From assembly GCF_963921235.1 (NCBI RefSeq), contig NC_086097.1, positions 50,532,001 through 50,596,000 of the forward strand: a DNA stretch of 64,000 nucleotides, in the 5' to 3' direction. Both the position numbers and the translations under genes were made by a program. This DNA is from Mobula hypostoma. Its lineage: Eukaryota. Below the pieces are notes generated by a model. It had not been told where the DNA came from and searched no databases. It worked only from the letters and a program-made list of their open reading frames with translations. Shown here piece by piece: positions 11,990-24,589 of the stretch (position 1 is the first letter of the stretch; each line of letters starts with the position of its first letter).

Positions 11990-12622
11990 AATCTTGCTGC
12001 CAGTTAGGACTATTTACTGCCTGTTGTTCCTCCCGACCTGCTTGCATCCGTGCCTCATCCTCAAGCAGAAGTTGAGATTTTAGAATGCACCCCTGGTTTT
12101 CCCTGAGGTGAACTGAAACGCTGATGTACAGGAAGTGCTTCTGAATGGCTGTCCAAAGCGGGAGAGTGCACCTGATCCATCTCTATATTGGTGAAAAATG
12201 TGTGAGTCGATGCAGGCTGAAGCAGCTAGCCAGGTACAGAATTCCACTCAGCTAAGCTGAGGTTGGAGGAAACTTTCCCCAAATTCATCTCATGCATAAA
12301 TTCTTGCACATTTTTATGCTGGAACAGGGTGCGGTTATCAGAATAGGCAAGATCAAGGAAGTAGGAAAAGCAGTGTGTGAACAGGAACTGCAGAGCTTTA
12401 GCAAAGATGCGACAAATGTCTTCAGGAAAATATTTGTTTATTTTATCAATTGCTTTAAAATTTTGTTTATGGCATTGATATCATTGAACTGGGATTCAAT
12501 CAAGTACCTAGTGAACTTAAAGCATAATTGCTGTTGATGAATCACTTCTATTTGGAAGCAGTTTGCCCACTCCCAGGTTTGAGACACAGTGATCATTGCA
12601 ACAATTTTAACACAGAACACCC
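11990..12622 (-). pseudogene. GREB1-like large pseudo-exon (frameshift plus stop)
   Basis: Acceptor tttgtag. WEWANCFQIEVIHQQQLCFKFTRYLIES, a frameshift near 12465, then NFKAIDKINKYFPEDICRIFAKALQFLFTHCFSYFL. Compare GREB1 IHWPASCSNGVDLYHENKKYFGLSEFIES...SFEAMVTALGKRFP...VQHYAAAL. TAG at 12226-12228. Confidence 0.7.
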
Positions 12623-13674
12623 CTACAAACTTTAAAGTTTAGATACTTGTCAAACAATGTGCAACATGTGCATTCAGTACAACTAATGAACTGCAGATTA
12701 CGTGATCAAAGAATACTGTATGATAACGTTCTAGCAATGAGAATACCAAATCAGACTTCACATAACCATTCAGCTTCAGGTAACGTTGGTGAGGTTACAA
12801 GAAAAAAAATCTTTTTTTTTAGGATTGTGGCAAGATCTACTGCATTTTTCAGCATAGACTGGTGCCAAAGATTAATAACTCATTCAAAAGATGACACCTT
12901 CAACAATCTTGTGCAGCAAGAGCCATTCAATGAAGTGTTTGTTTAGTTCTGAAATTTATGGCAGAGTTTAAACGCAAGCACTTTTACGACCCAGAGTCAA
13001 GAATTATATCAACTAAGTCAAATTATTACTGTGCCAAATAACCCATGACTCAAGACTCAGAAAGCTACTGACTCCTCCAAGCTAACATTTGTGAAGACTA
13101 TTGGGATGGTAACAGGGAGTGAGAAGGTAAAAAGGAAAACAAGCAGAAAGAATAAGATCAGGTTGAATTACAGCAAGGAGGGTGATTTTTTTTCTTTTTA
13201 AAATCAATGCTTCTTCCAAAACATTAGATTATTTATTTTTCTTTTGATTATTTTCTCTAAATTTGCCTTTATGGTTTAGTAGTCCAACTAGGAAATGTCA
13301 TGTTGTCTGAATCTATTTTAGATCTATCAAAATAATCTGCTGAACTCGACACATTATTCTTATTTTTAGTGCTTCAGCTTGGATCATCTCATGCACTTCA
13401 TTATCACCATAACATTTTGGTTGTTCTTAGTAGTTGCTACACAGAGAAGACTTTACATTTTCAACAGCTATACAAACACCTATTTTTCTGATTTACTTTA
13501 TTTCATGATAGTCATAACTTAATTGCATTTGAAAAATACTAAGTCCATAGTAAATTTATTATCAAAGTACATATATATCACTACATACAACTCTGAAATT
13601 CATTGTGGGCACACTCAATCCATAGAATAACAACCAGATCAGAATAAATGAAAGAGTGCATCAGCTTGGGTGGA

Positions 13675-13711
13675 GAGGGAGGATGAGGATGAGGAGGAAG
13701 AGGAGGAAGAG

Positions 13712-13743
<32 letters not shown>

Positions 13744-13765
13744 AGAGGAGGAGGAAGAGGAGGAG

Positions 13766-13797
<32 letters not shown>

Positions 13798-13838
13798 AGA
13801 GGAAGAGGAGGAGGAGGAGGAGAAGAAGAAGAAGAAGA
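13675..13838 (+). repeat. (GAG/GAA)n polypurine microsatellite
   Basis: Directly visible; embedded in a LINE 3'-UTR fragment. Confidence 0.95.
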
Positions 13839-14119
13839 ATTGGAAACCTCTTCTCAGAAACAGAAGGTTTCCTTGCAGTAATACAGGTCCAGGTGGTTAA
13901 CACAAAGAATTATCAAAACTACATAATAAAAGACCAACAAAAATACCCCAGATTTTACCGGCTTGAGTGGAGAAAAAAAAAAGGAATGCATAAATAAATA
14001 AATAAATAGGTAAACAAACAAGCAAGAAGCAATAAATATTGAGAAGATAAGAAACTGAGTCCATAGGTTGTGGGAACATTTTAATGAAGTGATTGAAAAC
14101 TGTCACAGAATTTTAATAC

Positions 14120-14403
14120 CATAAATGATTCATTAGATTATGTTGAACACAGCTGTAAATTCAATATATCCACTGGCTTTTACTCCCTTATAGGATCCCA
14201 AAAAGCTCTCATTTCAGCCCCGTGAAGTGCTTCTTTATTGGCTTTGCATCACCACATTATCACATCTTAATAATCTTATGGTATTACAATATTGCAAAAA
14301 TGCTGAAATCTATTTTTCATAAACTGTGCTACATTTTAGTTACTGATTAAAACCGGCCAGATAGCTGATCTGGAATCGTCCAACATGGAAGATTTGCTAC
14401 ATT
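14120..14403 (-). pseudogene. GREB1-like pseudo-exon with several stops
   Basis: Acceptor cttcccag. Translates CSKSSMLDDSRSAIWPVLISN*NVAQFMKNRFQHFCNIV...KPVDIL, compare GREB1 IRPFQLAVAQKLLSHVCSIA...EKVDFL. Confidence 0.5.
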
Positions 14404-15457
14404 CTGGGAAGTATCAAACAGTATAGGTTTACATATTACATACCTGTCAATTTGATTTGAAAATTAATTTTAAGATAACTTTGGAGTGCTCCTTGTTCAA
14501 TGCCTTAAGTGGCATGCATCATCACATAAACAATAACATTTTGGCTGCTTTTAGACATATAGTGGTGGCACTACTATATGAATCAAAATGGTACGGGACA
14601 GTGGTGGGAAAAGCATAAAGTGCAGATGCTTACATCTGAAAATATGTAGCAAGGCAGCATCTACAGAGTTAATGTTTCAGGTCAATAACCTTTATCAGAA
14701 TCGTGTTTGTACAGAAATAGGCTATTTTAAAAAGTGCAAACTGTAAACTGTGGGAATACTGAGCACGTCAGACAGCATCAGTGAAAAGAGAAGGATCAAC
14801 CCCAAAAACTAAATTTTTCTCTCCACAGATACTACCTGACCTGCCGTTCTTTTCCAGCGATTGCAGTATTTTGTTTTTGCAGTTTATGATCATACATATT
14901 TCCTGTTAGGAAGTAACTCTCATCAAGTCTAGATATGAGAAATGCAACACAATATACCAAATGATACACAGTTTCAAAAGTGAAAAGGAGTTTCCATTTC
15001 TATGTAAAAGAAATCTTGACCTGCATAAATCATACATCTATGTTTAAATTAATTGCATTACATAACACAATAAATTAGAGAAATTCCAAAGTACTGAGAA
15101 CAAACATTGAACAGTACAGCACAGAAACAGGCCCCTCAGCCCACAATGTTGTGCTAAACTAATTAAACTAATTCCTTTTGATGATATAATGCCCATGACA
15201 CCACCTTCTCTGCATATTTGTGTTTCTAACAATGAGCCTTTTGAAAGCCTCTATCTTGTTTGCCTCCACCATCAAATCAGGCAGCCCATTCCCAGCATCC
15301 ACCACTTGCCCACTCTCTTTATATGCATGCCCACTAGCACTAGACATTTCTGCCCTGGGAAAAAGATTCCTGTTATCTATACTATATATACCTCTCATAA
15401 TCTTATAAATTACTAGCCGGTCTCCCCTTAGCTGCTCCAGAGAAAGTAACCCTAGCC

Positions 15458-15855
15458 CAGGGGTTCCCAACCTAGGGTCCATGGACCTCTTGCCTAATGG
15501 TATTGGTCCATGGTCCCCTTGCCTAATGGTATTGTTCCATGGTCCCCTTGCCCAATGGTATTGGTCCATGGTCCCCTTGCCTAATGGTATTGGTCCATGG
15601 ACCCCTTGCCCATTGGTATTGGTCCATGGTCCCCTTGCCTAATGGTATTGGTCCATGGTCCCTTGACCCAATGGTATTGGTCCATGGTCCCCTTGCCTAA
15701 TGGTGTTGGTCCATGGTCCTCTTGCCTAATCGTATTGGTCCATGGTCCCCTTGCCCAGTGGTATTGGTCCATGGATCCCTTGCGAGATGGTATTGGTCCA
15801 TGGATCCCTTGCGAGATGGTAATGGTCCACAGCATAAAAAAGGTTGGGAATCCTG
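15458..15855 (+). mobile_element. hAT-type MITE with 12 x 29-bp internal tandem array
   Basis: Ends CAGGGGTTCCCAACCT and AGGTTGGGAATCCTG; 8-bp TSD CCCTAGCC (15450-15457, 15856-15863); unit CCATGGTCCCCTTGCCTAATGGTATTGGT spans 15479-15826. Confidence 0.92.
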
Positions 15856-16333
15856 CCCTAGCCTGTCCAACCTCTCCTTCTAACCCTCTAATCCAAACCT
15901 TTTCTGCACGCTGACCACAGCCTCCACATTCTTTCTTTAATGGCATGACCAAAATTGAATGCAATACTCCAGATGCAACCTAACAAGAGTTTTATAAAGC
16001 TGCAACATAACTTTCTGATCCTTGAACTCAGTGCCCAAAGGCGAGCATGCCAAGTGCTTTCTTTGCCATCCTTTCAACCTGTGCAGCCACTTTCAGGGAG
16101 CTATGGACTTGGATTCAAAAATCCCTCTGTCCATCAAAACTGTCAAGGCTCTTGTCATTTACAGTGTACTGCCCCTTTACGAAGTGCAACAGCTCATACT
16201 CAACCGAACTGAACAACATCTGCCATTTCACCACCTATCTGCTATTGATCTATACACTGTTGTATCATTGGTAATTTGCTACACTATCCACAATGCCACC
16301 AATCATTGTATCATGTGTGAATTTAGTAACCCA

Positions 16334-16823
16334 TCATCATCATTATCATCATCATCATCAGGTGCCGTGCCCAGTTTGAACTTTGACTGCCATGGCCCAC
16401 ACACTCCTGTTTCGGGTCAAGTGGATCAATTCATTGGTATTCATTTCCAGTTCTCTGACTGCTGTCTCCATCTTCATTTGTCTTTGCCTTCCTTTTGCTT
16501 TTTTCCCTTCAATCTTTCCCACAATTACCGTGCATTCTAACTCCTCTTTCCTAATCACATGTCCAATGAAGTTACATTGCCTTTTCATGATCTCATACAT
16601 TATTTCTCTTTTTGTGTTTGCTCTGTTCATGACATCCTCGTTAGATATTCGTTTTGTCCATGATATTCTTTGCATCCTCCTCAAAAACCGCATCTCTGCT
16701 GCTTCAATTCGTTTCCTCATGTTACTAGAAATTGTCCAACATTCTGATCCATATAACATAACAGGATAAACGTAACATTTCAGGACTCTGAGGCAAGTTG
16801 TCATGCCTAGTTTAGAGTTGGTC
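16334..16823 (-). mobile_element. RTE LINE 3' fragment
   Basis: LYGSECWT...EAAEMRFLRRM...GKIEGKKAKGRQR; (ATG)n tail; TSD AGTAACCCA. Confidence 0.92.
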
Positions 16824-18389
16824 AGTAACCCACCTATCTCTATTTTCATCCAGATTACTTACACACACAGAAATATCAACAGATGTCCCAGTACAGATCC
16901 CTGTGGAGCACCACTAATCATGGACTCCAGGCAGAAAAAGTTCCATCAACCACTACCCTCTGTCTTTTATGAGTGAGCCAATTCAGAATTTAAATAGTCA
17001 AGTCACCATTGATCCCATTAACCTTAATCTCTTGATAAGCCTACCTTAAGAGACCATGTCAAATGACTTACTGAAATTCGTGTGGACAACTCTACTTTTG
17101 TCACCTCCTTGAAAACTCAGTCAATGTGGTAAGCCATGACTTGCCCTGCACAAAGGCATGCTGGCTGTCCCTAGCTAGGCCATGGTTTTCCATAAATCCT
17201 AATTAGGCTCATGAATCCTCCCAGCAGCTTCCCTACCACTGATTTAGAGACTGAGAGCTATATAGTTTCCAGAACTATCCTAATTTCCCTTCTTGAACAA
17301 TCAAATATTAGCTACTCACCAGACCTCCAGGGCATCACCTATGGCTAGAGAGGACCTGAAAATCTTTGTTAAGGCCCCAACAATGTCATCTCTAGCTTCC
17401 CTCAGTAACCGTGGGTATATAGCCAACAAGTTCTGAAGACTTATGTTCTTCAAAAGACACAATATAACCTCTTTCTTTATCTCAAGATTCTCTAGCATAC
17501 ATGTTAGCACATTCCACACCCATCTCATTTTCCTCTCCGCCCTTCCCCTTTGTAAATACTGATCCAAAGTGTCCATTAAGGATTTCACCCACTTCCTCTA
17601 CCTTCAAGCACATGTTCCCTCCTTTGAATAGCCCTACCCTCTCCCTGGTTATCCTCTTGCTTTTACTGTATGTATATAATGCCTTGGGATTCTCTTTAAT
17701 CTGGCTTGTCAAGGACTTCTCATGACTCTTCTTGTTTCTCCTAATTCCTTTCTTAAGTTATTTTCTAGTTTTTTTTATTATCCTCAAGGGCCCCACGATA
17801 TCAGCTTCTTAAACTTTACATATGCTTCCTTTTACTTTTTTTTGAATAAATTCACCACCTCTCTCGACATCCAAGGTTCACATACTTTGCCATCCATGTT
17901 CTTCCTTTGTACTGGAATGTACCTGTCCTGTACTCTACATAGTTGCTCTATAAGCACTCTCCTCATGTCAGATGTGAACTTGCCCAAAAAGAGCTGTCCC
18001 AATCAACTCTCCCTGACTCCTGCCCAATTTAAAACTCTCCTTACTTATTCTAATTCATAGCTACCTTAAAAGTTAAGGAAGTTGTGATTACTGTTCCCTA
18101 ATTAGTCTGCCACTGAAAGGTCAGTCACTTGGCCAAGCACATTTTGCAATACCAGGTCCATTTGCATTTCCTGTACTTGGACTATCCTGATATCGATTTA
18201 AGAAACTCTCCTGGATTCGGCTAGCAAATTCTGCCCCATCTGAATCCCAATGAACTGAGAAGGTCCCTGTCTATGTTAAGGAAGTTGAAGTCAGCCACCG
18301 CAAGAACTCTGTTATTTGCACACATTTCCCTGGTCTGCCTTTATATTTGTTCCTCAATGTCCAAGTGACTATTAGAGGGTTTGTAGTGT

Positions 18390-18965
18390 TCCTTAAGGTT
18401 GTTATAGTTGGGGGTGGTAATGGGGACAAGCTCCCACTACCTATTAAATGCTCCCAATGGCGTGCACCTCAAATAGCCTCTGAAAACCAAATCCCGCTCC
18501 TGGCCTTCACATGTGGCTTAGCTACTAAGCCTGGCGGAACTGTTTCTACTGACAGGAGAAGAGGCAAGGGCGAGTTACTGACATCTTAAAACCAGTCGCT
18601 TTGGCAGAAGGGGCTTGTCAGCTGTGGTTAGCTGCTCATCTAGGAGAAGGAAATCTCTGATCTCAAACTTCCACTGACTTGCAGCTATACTCACTCACGG
18701 GGAAGGCTTCAGGAGTAAACCCTGAGGGAAAAACCTGGAGCTGGAGTCCCTAAGGTAGTCGTACATTGAGTTCAATGTTGACTGGCAACTCCTGTGACGC
18801 TGCTGTATCGGTCTCTGCTGTTTCTTTGGGTTCATCAGATGTATGGAGAGGGGGATGCTTGCTACATGCGCAACAGCTTGCTCTCCATATCGTACTGCCC
18901 AGGCTTGCATAACTAGACAGCTCGGATGCAACATCCATGGTCAACTCTGATGGACGGAGGCCTCA
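18390..18965 (+). mobile_element. ~570-bp non-coding interspersed element (second copy 2278-2830 on the minus strand)
   Basis: The two copies align in reverse orientation along their length; the 3' part shares motifs with the tRNA-SINE tail. Confidence 0.7.
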
Positions 18966-19789
18966 GACAGTGTGAAGTATAATCCCATCACAGTGATAGC
19001 ATCTTTCTTACTTTTTAAATTCTACCCATATAGACTCAGCAAAGGAGACCTCCGGCTGTTCAAAGTTCAAAGTAGATTTATTATGAAAGTACAAACGTGT
19101 CACCATAACTCTGCATTCTCCTGAGATACATTTTCTTGCAAGCATTCACAATAGAACAAAGAAATAAAACAGAATCAATGGAAAACTACAAAGACTGACA
19201 AAATGTGCAAAATAAGACAAACTGAAAATACAAAAAAAACAGAAGTAAAAGATTAGATGGATATTACTAAGAACATGAGTTGTAGAGTGTTTGAAAGTGA
19301 CTCAGTGATGAGGTGAGTGAAGTTATCCCTGCTGGTTAAGAAGCCATATGGTTGAACTAGTCCTGAACCTGGTGGTGTGAGACCTAAGCTTCTTGTTACC
19401 TTCTTCCCTGTGATTTTGTCCCCAATAAATAGAGCAACTCCACATCCCTGCTTTTATTTCCTCCCTTTTCTAAAACACTAAACTGCTGGACAATTAAATC
19501 TCCAGTCCTGTTCTCTCTCAACCAAGTCTCTATAATGGCCACATCATCATGGCTCCATGTACCAATCTATCCACTTCAGTTAATGGCCCTTACCCGGAAT
19601 AGCCTAACATTAACACAATCACTTTAACCTGCTTCTTCCAACATTTTTACTACCTTTCCTTAATTTATTTATTAAGTTATCTAAACCGTTAACATTATTT
19701 GAGAGATTTCTGTAAGATACAAACACCAAATTTTTTAACAACTGAGTGATTCAAGATAAATTACGGTTTAAAACAAGAGTTACTTCATA

Positions 19790-20690
19790 GGGACATAGAC
19801 GACAGATAGTGGAATCTGGAGCAACAATCTCCTGAAGGAATTCAGGGATCTGTGAGGGAAGAAATTGTCAACAGCTATGGTCAAAACCTTGCATCAGGAG
19901 TGTGAGTGGATTGGGAGTGGAAGGATACACAGTATAAAGTGGAGAGGGGGAGCTGGTGATGCAGGGGCAGTCGGTGATTGAAGGAGGGTAAACGATGACA
20001 AGCAGTGGGAACCAGGTAGGAGAGGAGAAGAGGCGGAGATGGACAACAGGGGCAGATCAGTGAGATGAAGGCAGACCAAACAAGGGCAGATGGAGCCTGA
20101 TAGTGGGGAACGAAGATGAAGGTGGAGACGGCCAGGCGGTTGATAAACAGAAACACAAAGGCTACAGTTTTTACAATCTGACTTGAAAGAAGTGTGATAA
20201 TGGGAATGATTAGGGAAGAGGTGAGTGGTAGGTGGAACTACATGGGGGCAGGGAGGGTATCTGGCAGGTAAAGTATGGGTAGATGGGTGGAATCAGGAAG
20301 GGGAGGGGACATGGGAAAGGCAACAAAATGGGAGGATTGGAGTTGCATGGTGGAGAAAGGTGGAGTGAGGAGGGGGTGAGGACTAAAAGTACATGAGGTA
20401 AGGGTTCCTGAAATTAGAAAATTCAATATCCACACCATTACATTGTAGATTTTCTTGGCAGATTCTGAGGGGTTATTCCTCTAGGTCAGGGGATCCCAAC
20501 CCTTTTTATGTCATTGACTCCTTCCATTAACTGAGGGCTCCGTGGACTCCAGGTTGGGAACCGCGGCTCTAGTTGGTGTTGGGCCTCACCCCAACAGTAG
20601 AGAAGGTGAAAGATGCACAGCTCAGCGTGGAAATGTTCAGGAGTATGGAAATGGCACGCAGTCAGGCACTCTGGATGGCCATTGTCAGAT
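19790..20690 (-). mobile_element. Decayed Penelope-like 3' fragment with a hAT MITE inserted
   Basis: Purine-rich tail and GIY-YIG C-terminal remnant similar to 46600-47060. Confidence 0.6.
20487..20566 (-). mobile_element. ~80-bp hAT MITE of the same family (another copy at 54935-55013)
   Basis: Same terminal inverted repeats; TSD CTCTAGGT/CTCTAGTT. Confidence 0.8.
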
Positions 20691-20899
20691 CTTCCAGCTT
20701 CCTTTAAAAAAAGGCTAGAGAAATCTTTTAGATGTGAATAAGTGAGGGAAAGTTATAAAAGTCATGGTTCTGAATCTATTTAAACTGATATAATTGTAGT
20801 ATTGCTTCGATAAACACTTTCACTCGATCTATCCATCATACCAGCTAAGATATCCTTATGTCCAGCCATTTGAATGTCCCTTGCTGTTCTCACACTGAT

Positions 20900-21390
20900 A
20901 TAGACTCATTAATGCAAATACTTAATCAGTCAATCACATGGTAGCAACTCGTTGTGTAAAAGCATACAGACATTGTCAAGAGGCTCAGTTGTTGTTCAGA
21001 CCAAACATCAGAATGGGGAAGAAATGTGTTCTAAGTGATTTATTTGGCGGAATGATTGTTGATGCCAGAAGGGGTGTTTTGAGTACCTCAGAAACTGCTG
21101 ATCCTGGGATTTTCATGCACAATAGTCTCTGGAGTTTAGAGAATAGTGCGAAAAACAAAATAAAAATCCAGTGAGTGGCAGTGGTGTGGGCAAAAACATG
21201 AGAGAGGTCAGGGCAGAATGGCCAACCTGGTTCCAGCTGACTCAAATAACCACACAATATAACAGTGGCGCGCAGAAGAGCGTCTCTGAATGCACAAGAT
21301 GTCACAGCTTGAAGTGGAAGACCTGTAGCAGTAGAAGACCATGAACATACACTCAGGGGCCACTTCATTATGTACAGGAGGTACTGAGCA
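20900..21390. mobile_element. Tc1/mariner non-autonomous remnant
   Basis: MGKKCVLSDL..GMIVDARRG.LS.SETAD resembles a Tc1 transposase HTH N-terminus; TACACTCAG.GGCCACTT.ATTA terminal motif. Confidence 0.75.
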
Positions 21391-21574
21391 TATCTGTCCA
21401 TGGCCTCCATTACTGTTACTCCATTAATTTGAAGCTAGATGCAGATTAGAGGAACAGAGCCTCATATTACATCTTGGTAGTCCCCAACCAGACAGTATGA
21501 ACATCAGCTTCTTACTCCCTTCTGCCCCTTGCTCCTTCCCTTGTCCCACCAACCCCGTCACCCGCGAGAGACAA

Positions 21575-23360
21575 TCTGCAGGTGCTGGAAATCCAAAGCA
21601 TCACACACAAAATGCTGGAGGAACTCAGCAGGCCAGGCAGCATCTGTGGAAAAGAGTAAGCAGTCGACGTTTCAAACCGAGACGCCTCATCAAGATGGGA
21701 GGAAAAAGATGAGGAGTTAGAGTAAGAAGATGGGGGAGGGGAGGAGGAAATACAAGGTCGTGGGTAACAGGTGAAACCGGGAGACAGGGAGGGGGGAAGA
21801 GCTGGGAAGTCGATTGGTAAAAGGGATAAATGTCTGGAGAAGGGGTACCTGAGAGGAGAGGACAGATGGCCATGGAAGGGAAGGGGGAGGGGCACAAAAG
21901 GGAGGTGATGGGCAGGTAAGGAGATAAGGTGAGTGGGGAAATGGGAATGGGGAACAGTGAAGGAGAATGGGTAGGCAATTAAGATGAGGGAAGGAGAGAG
22001 AACCCCATCACCCCATCTTTTTCCTGTCCCTTCCCCCTCGACTTGCCTATCACCCACACACTTCTCCGTGGATTGTCACCTTGTCGTGATGGAGAAGCTC
22101 ATGTGGTCCCGTGATCGCGAGAGCGATGCCGTCTGGAGCTATGCTCCTGGTAGGGTCACCCATGGCGGTAAGGTCGAGGGTGAGGTCCCTGACAAAGAAC
22201 AATCCAACCAAGACCTCAACGGTGGAACAGACGGACGAAGTTACTTCGAACTCAATGGCTGTGAAGGCAGATGAAGGCTGCAACAAATCCATCAGCTCCA
22301 ATCGTCGTGGTTTCCATGCCATTGGAATCAGTTGGTTGATTTGTGAGGTATCGTGTGCTTCTTGGAGTGAAACATCAAGTACACGTTAAATAAATACACG
22401 CACAGGCGGCTTCACTCTGTGGGCCACTTCTTCAGAATGAAGACCATCATCCTCGACCTCGAGGGATAGCCACGATGATGACAACGATCACCCACACAGT
22501 CAAGTCAACGCAACACACAAAAAAGGCTGGAGGAACTCAGCAGGTCAGGCAGCATTTATGAAAATGAATAAACAGTCAACGTTTCAGGCCGAGACCTTTC
22601 TTCAGAGCTGAGAAGGAAGGGGGCAGATGTCAGAATAAAAAGATGAGGGGTATGTAAAGAGGCTAGCTGGAAGGTGAAAGGTGAAGCTAGGTGGGTAGGA
22701 AAGGTCAAGGGCTGGAGAAGAAACAATCTGATAGGAGAGGAGAGTGGAGCATAGGAGAAAGGGAAGGAGGAGGGGACCCATGGGGAAGTGATAGGCAGGT
22801 GAGAAGAAGTAAAAGGTCAGAGTGTAGAATAGAGGATAGGGGTTGGGGGGGGGGTAAGGGGGTAATTGTTTACCGGAAGGAAACATCAATATTCATGCCA
22901 TCAGGTTGGAGGGTACCCAGGTGAAATATAAGGTGTTTCTCCTCCACCCTGACGTGGTCTCATCGTGGCACAAGAGGAGGCTGTGGATCAACAGGTCGGA
23001 ATGAGATTGGGAATCGAGATTAAAATGTTTGGCCAACGGGAAGTCCTGCTTGTGGCGGATGATTGGGAGATGTTTGACAAAGCAAACCCCCAATTTACGA
23101 CAGGTTTCACAGGTGTAGAGGAGGCCACATTGGGAGCACCGGACACAATAGAGGACCCCAGCAGATTCACAGGTGACGTGTTGCCTGACCTGGAAGGACT
23201 GTTTGAGGCCCTGAATGGAGGTGAGGGAAGAGGTGTATTGGCAGGTGTAGCACTCACGATGCTTGCAGGGGTAAGTGCCTGGAGGGTCAAACGTTGCCCA
23301 TCATGAGGGGAGTCATGGAGGGAGCGATCCCTGCAGAAAGCAGTGGTAGGATCCCTGTCA
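21575..23360 (-). mobile_element. Two Penelope-like 3' fragments (21575-21990, 22510-23360)
   Basis: Nucleotide similarity to 46560-47400; hammerhead-like cores at ~21661-21695 and ~22574-22610. Confidence 0.8.
22061..22486 (+). mobile_element. Non-autonomous RTE-related short retroelement
   Basis: 12-bp TSD ATCACCCACACA (22049-22060, 22487-22498); 5' end resembles fish RTE/Expander 5' UTR; GAT-repeat tail. Confidence 0.7.
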
Positions 23361-24500
23361 AGTCAAGACAAGTTTATTGTCATTTAACTATATACATTTA
23401 TACCATCAGACAAGACAATGTTTCTCTCGACCAGGGTATAAAGCAAAGTAGTATACATAACTCACAATAACTTGGAAAATTAAGAATTATGTCTACAAAT
23501 GAATTATGCATAGATAAACAAAGTAAAGTGCATAAATTAAATACTGTAGGGTACAATGCAAATGATCAGGTGACACTTTGAATACAATGCAGCCGGAAGT
23601 TCAGAAACCTAATGATCTGAGGGAAGAAGCTGTATCCCATCCTGACTGTTCTTGTTTTTATGCATCGGAGTCTCCTGCCTGATGGCAGAAAGTCAAAGAG
23701 CATGCTGGATGGATGGGTGGGGTTCTTAATAATACTAAGAGATCCTGATAAATGTCCCTGATGGATGGTAGGGAGATGCTATGATCCTCTCAGCTCTTCT
23801 CATGGTCCTTTGTAGGGACTTCCTGTCCGATACTCAGCTGCTCTCATACCAGATGGAGATGTAACTTGCCAGCGGCACTTGACCCAGTCTCCTCAGGAAG
23901 TGGAGATGTTGCTGTCTCCTTATACAGAGAAGTGATACTGAGGGAACAAGTGAAGTCATCCATGATGTGAACCCCAGGAACCTAGTGCACTTAATTCTTT
24001 GTAAGGAGGAGCCATGTGTTTGCAGAGAGGGATGGGTTGTCTGCACCTTCCTGAAGTTCACAATGATTTCCTCTGTCTTCTCCACATTCAGGCTTAGGTT
24101 GTTCCTCTCACACTGATCCACCAGCTGCTCCACTTCCTCTCTGTGCTCGTTGTTGATGAGGCTAACCACTGTTGTGTCACCCACAGACTTGATGACACAG
24201 TTTGAGCCGGATCCTGCGACACAGCCATGCCTCAGCAGTGTGAACAGCAGCGGACTGGGTACACAGCCCCGGGCAGTGCCAGTGCTCAGCGGGACGAGAG
24301 ACGTTGCTGCCCACAAGGACTGACTGTGGCCTTACTGTTAACAAGTATGAGATCCAGATACAGAGGGAGATGTTGAGACCCAGCAAGGACAGTTTCCCCA
24401 CCGGTTTCTGGGGTATGGTGGTGATAAACATCAAACTAAAGTCTATAAACAGCAGCCTGGTATATGAGATCCCATTTCCCAGGTGGGACAGGACAGGACA
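23360..24500 (-). mobile_element. Rex1/Babar-type LINE fragment
   Basis: [42 protein letters not shown]. Confidence 0.88.
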
Positions 24501-24589
24501 GGACATATTTCTCCTCCCAGTTATCCTCCTCATCTTCTTCCATTGATTCCATAATCCACTGTTCTCTCCTATCAGTTTCCATCTTGTTC

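Larger units (their letters stand above)
15100..18380 (-). mobile_element. Decayed CR1 LINE with nested MITE and RTE fragment
   Basis: KENPKALYTY, YPRLLREARDDI and LRGDRLVIYKIMRG fragments in colinear order. Confidence 0.85.

Noticed and set aside
13170..13468. Possible further pseudo-exon after acceptor tttgtatag
   Set aside because: Many stops in the frames I translated and no motif match I could support.
13656..13997. Poly-E, poly-R and poly-L ORFs resembling an acidic or protamine-like protein (GREB1 also has a poly-E tract)
   Set aside because: A pure (GAG/GAA)n microsatellite inside a LINE 3'-UTR relic; poly-E would be on the wrong strand and in the wrong position for the GREB1-like locus.
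14404..14560. Extra exon ending at CAG|GTATGT (14443)
   Set aside because: The implied intron is only 40 nt, too short; similarity is ambiguous.
15479..15826. 29-bp repeat array as a CRISPR array or repetitive protein
   Set aside because: Head-to-tail units with no spacers, inside a eukaryotic MITE; 29 is not a multiple of 3.
18395..18540. HDV-like ribozyme at the 5' end of the 570-bp element (GCCTTCACATGTGGC...CTAAGCCTGG)
   Set aside because: Could not build a complete nested double pseudoknot by eye; needs a consensus and a descriptor search.
21512..22057. Pro/Ser/Leu-rich ORFs
   Set aside because: Translations of the pyrimidine-rich Penelope 3' UTR.
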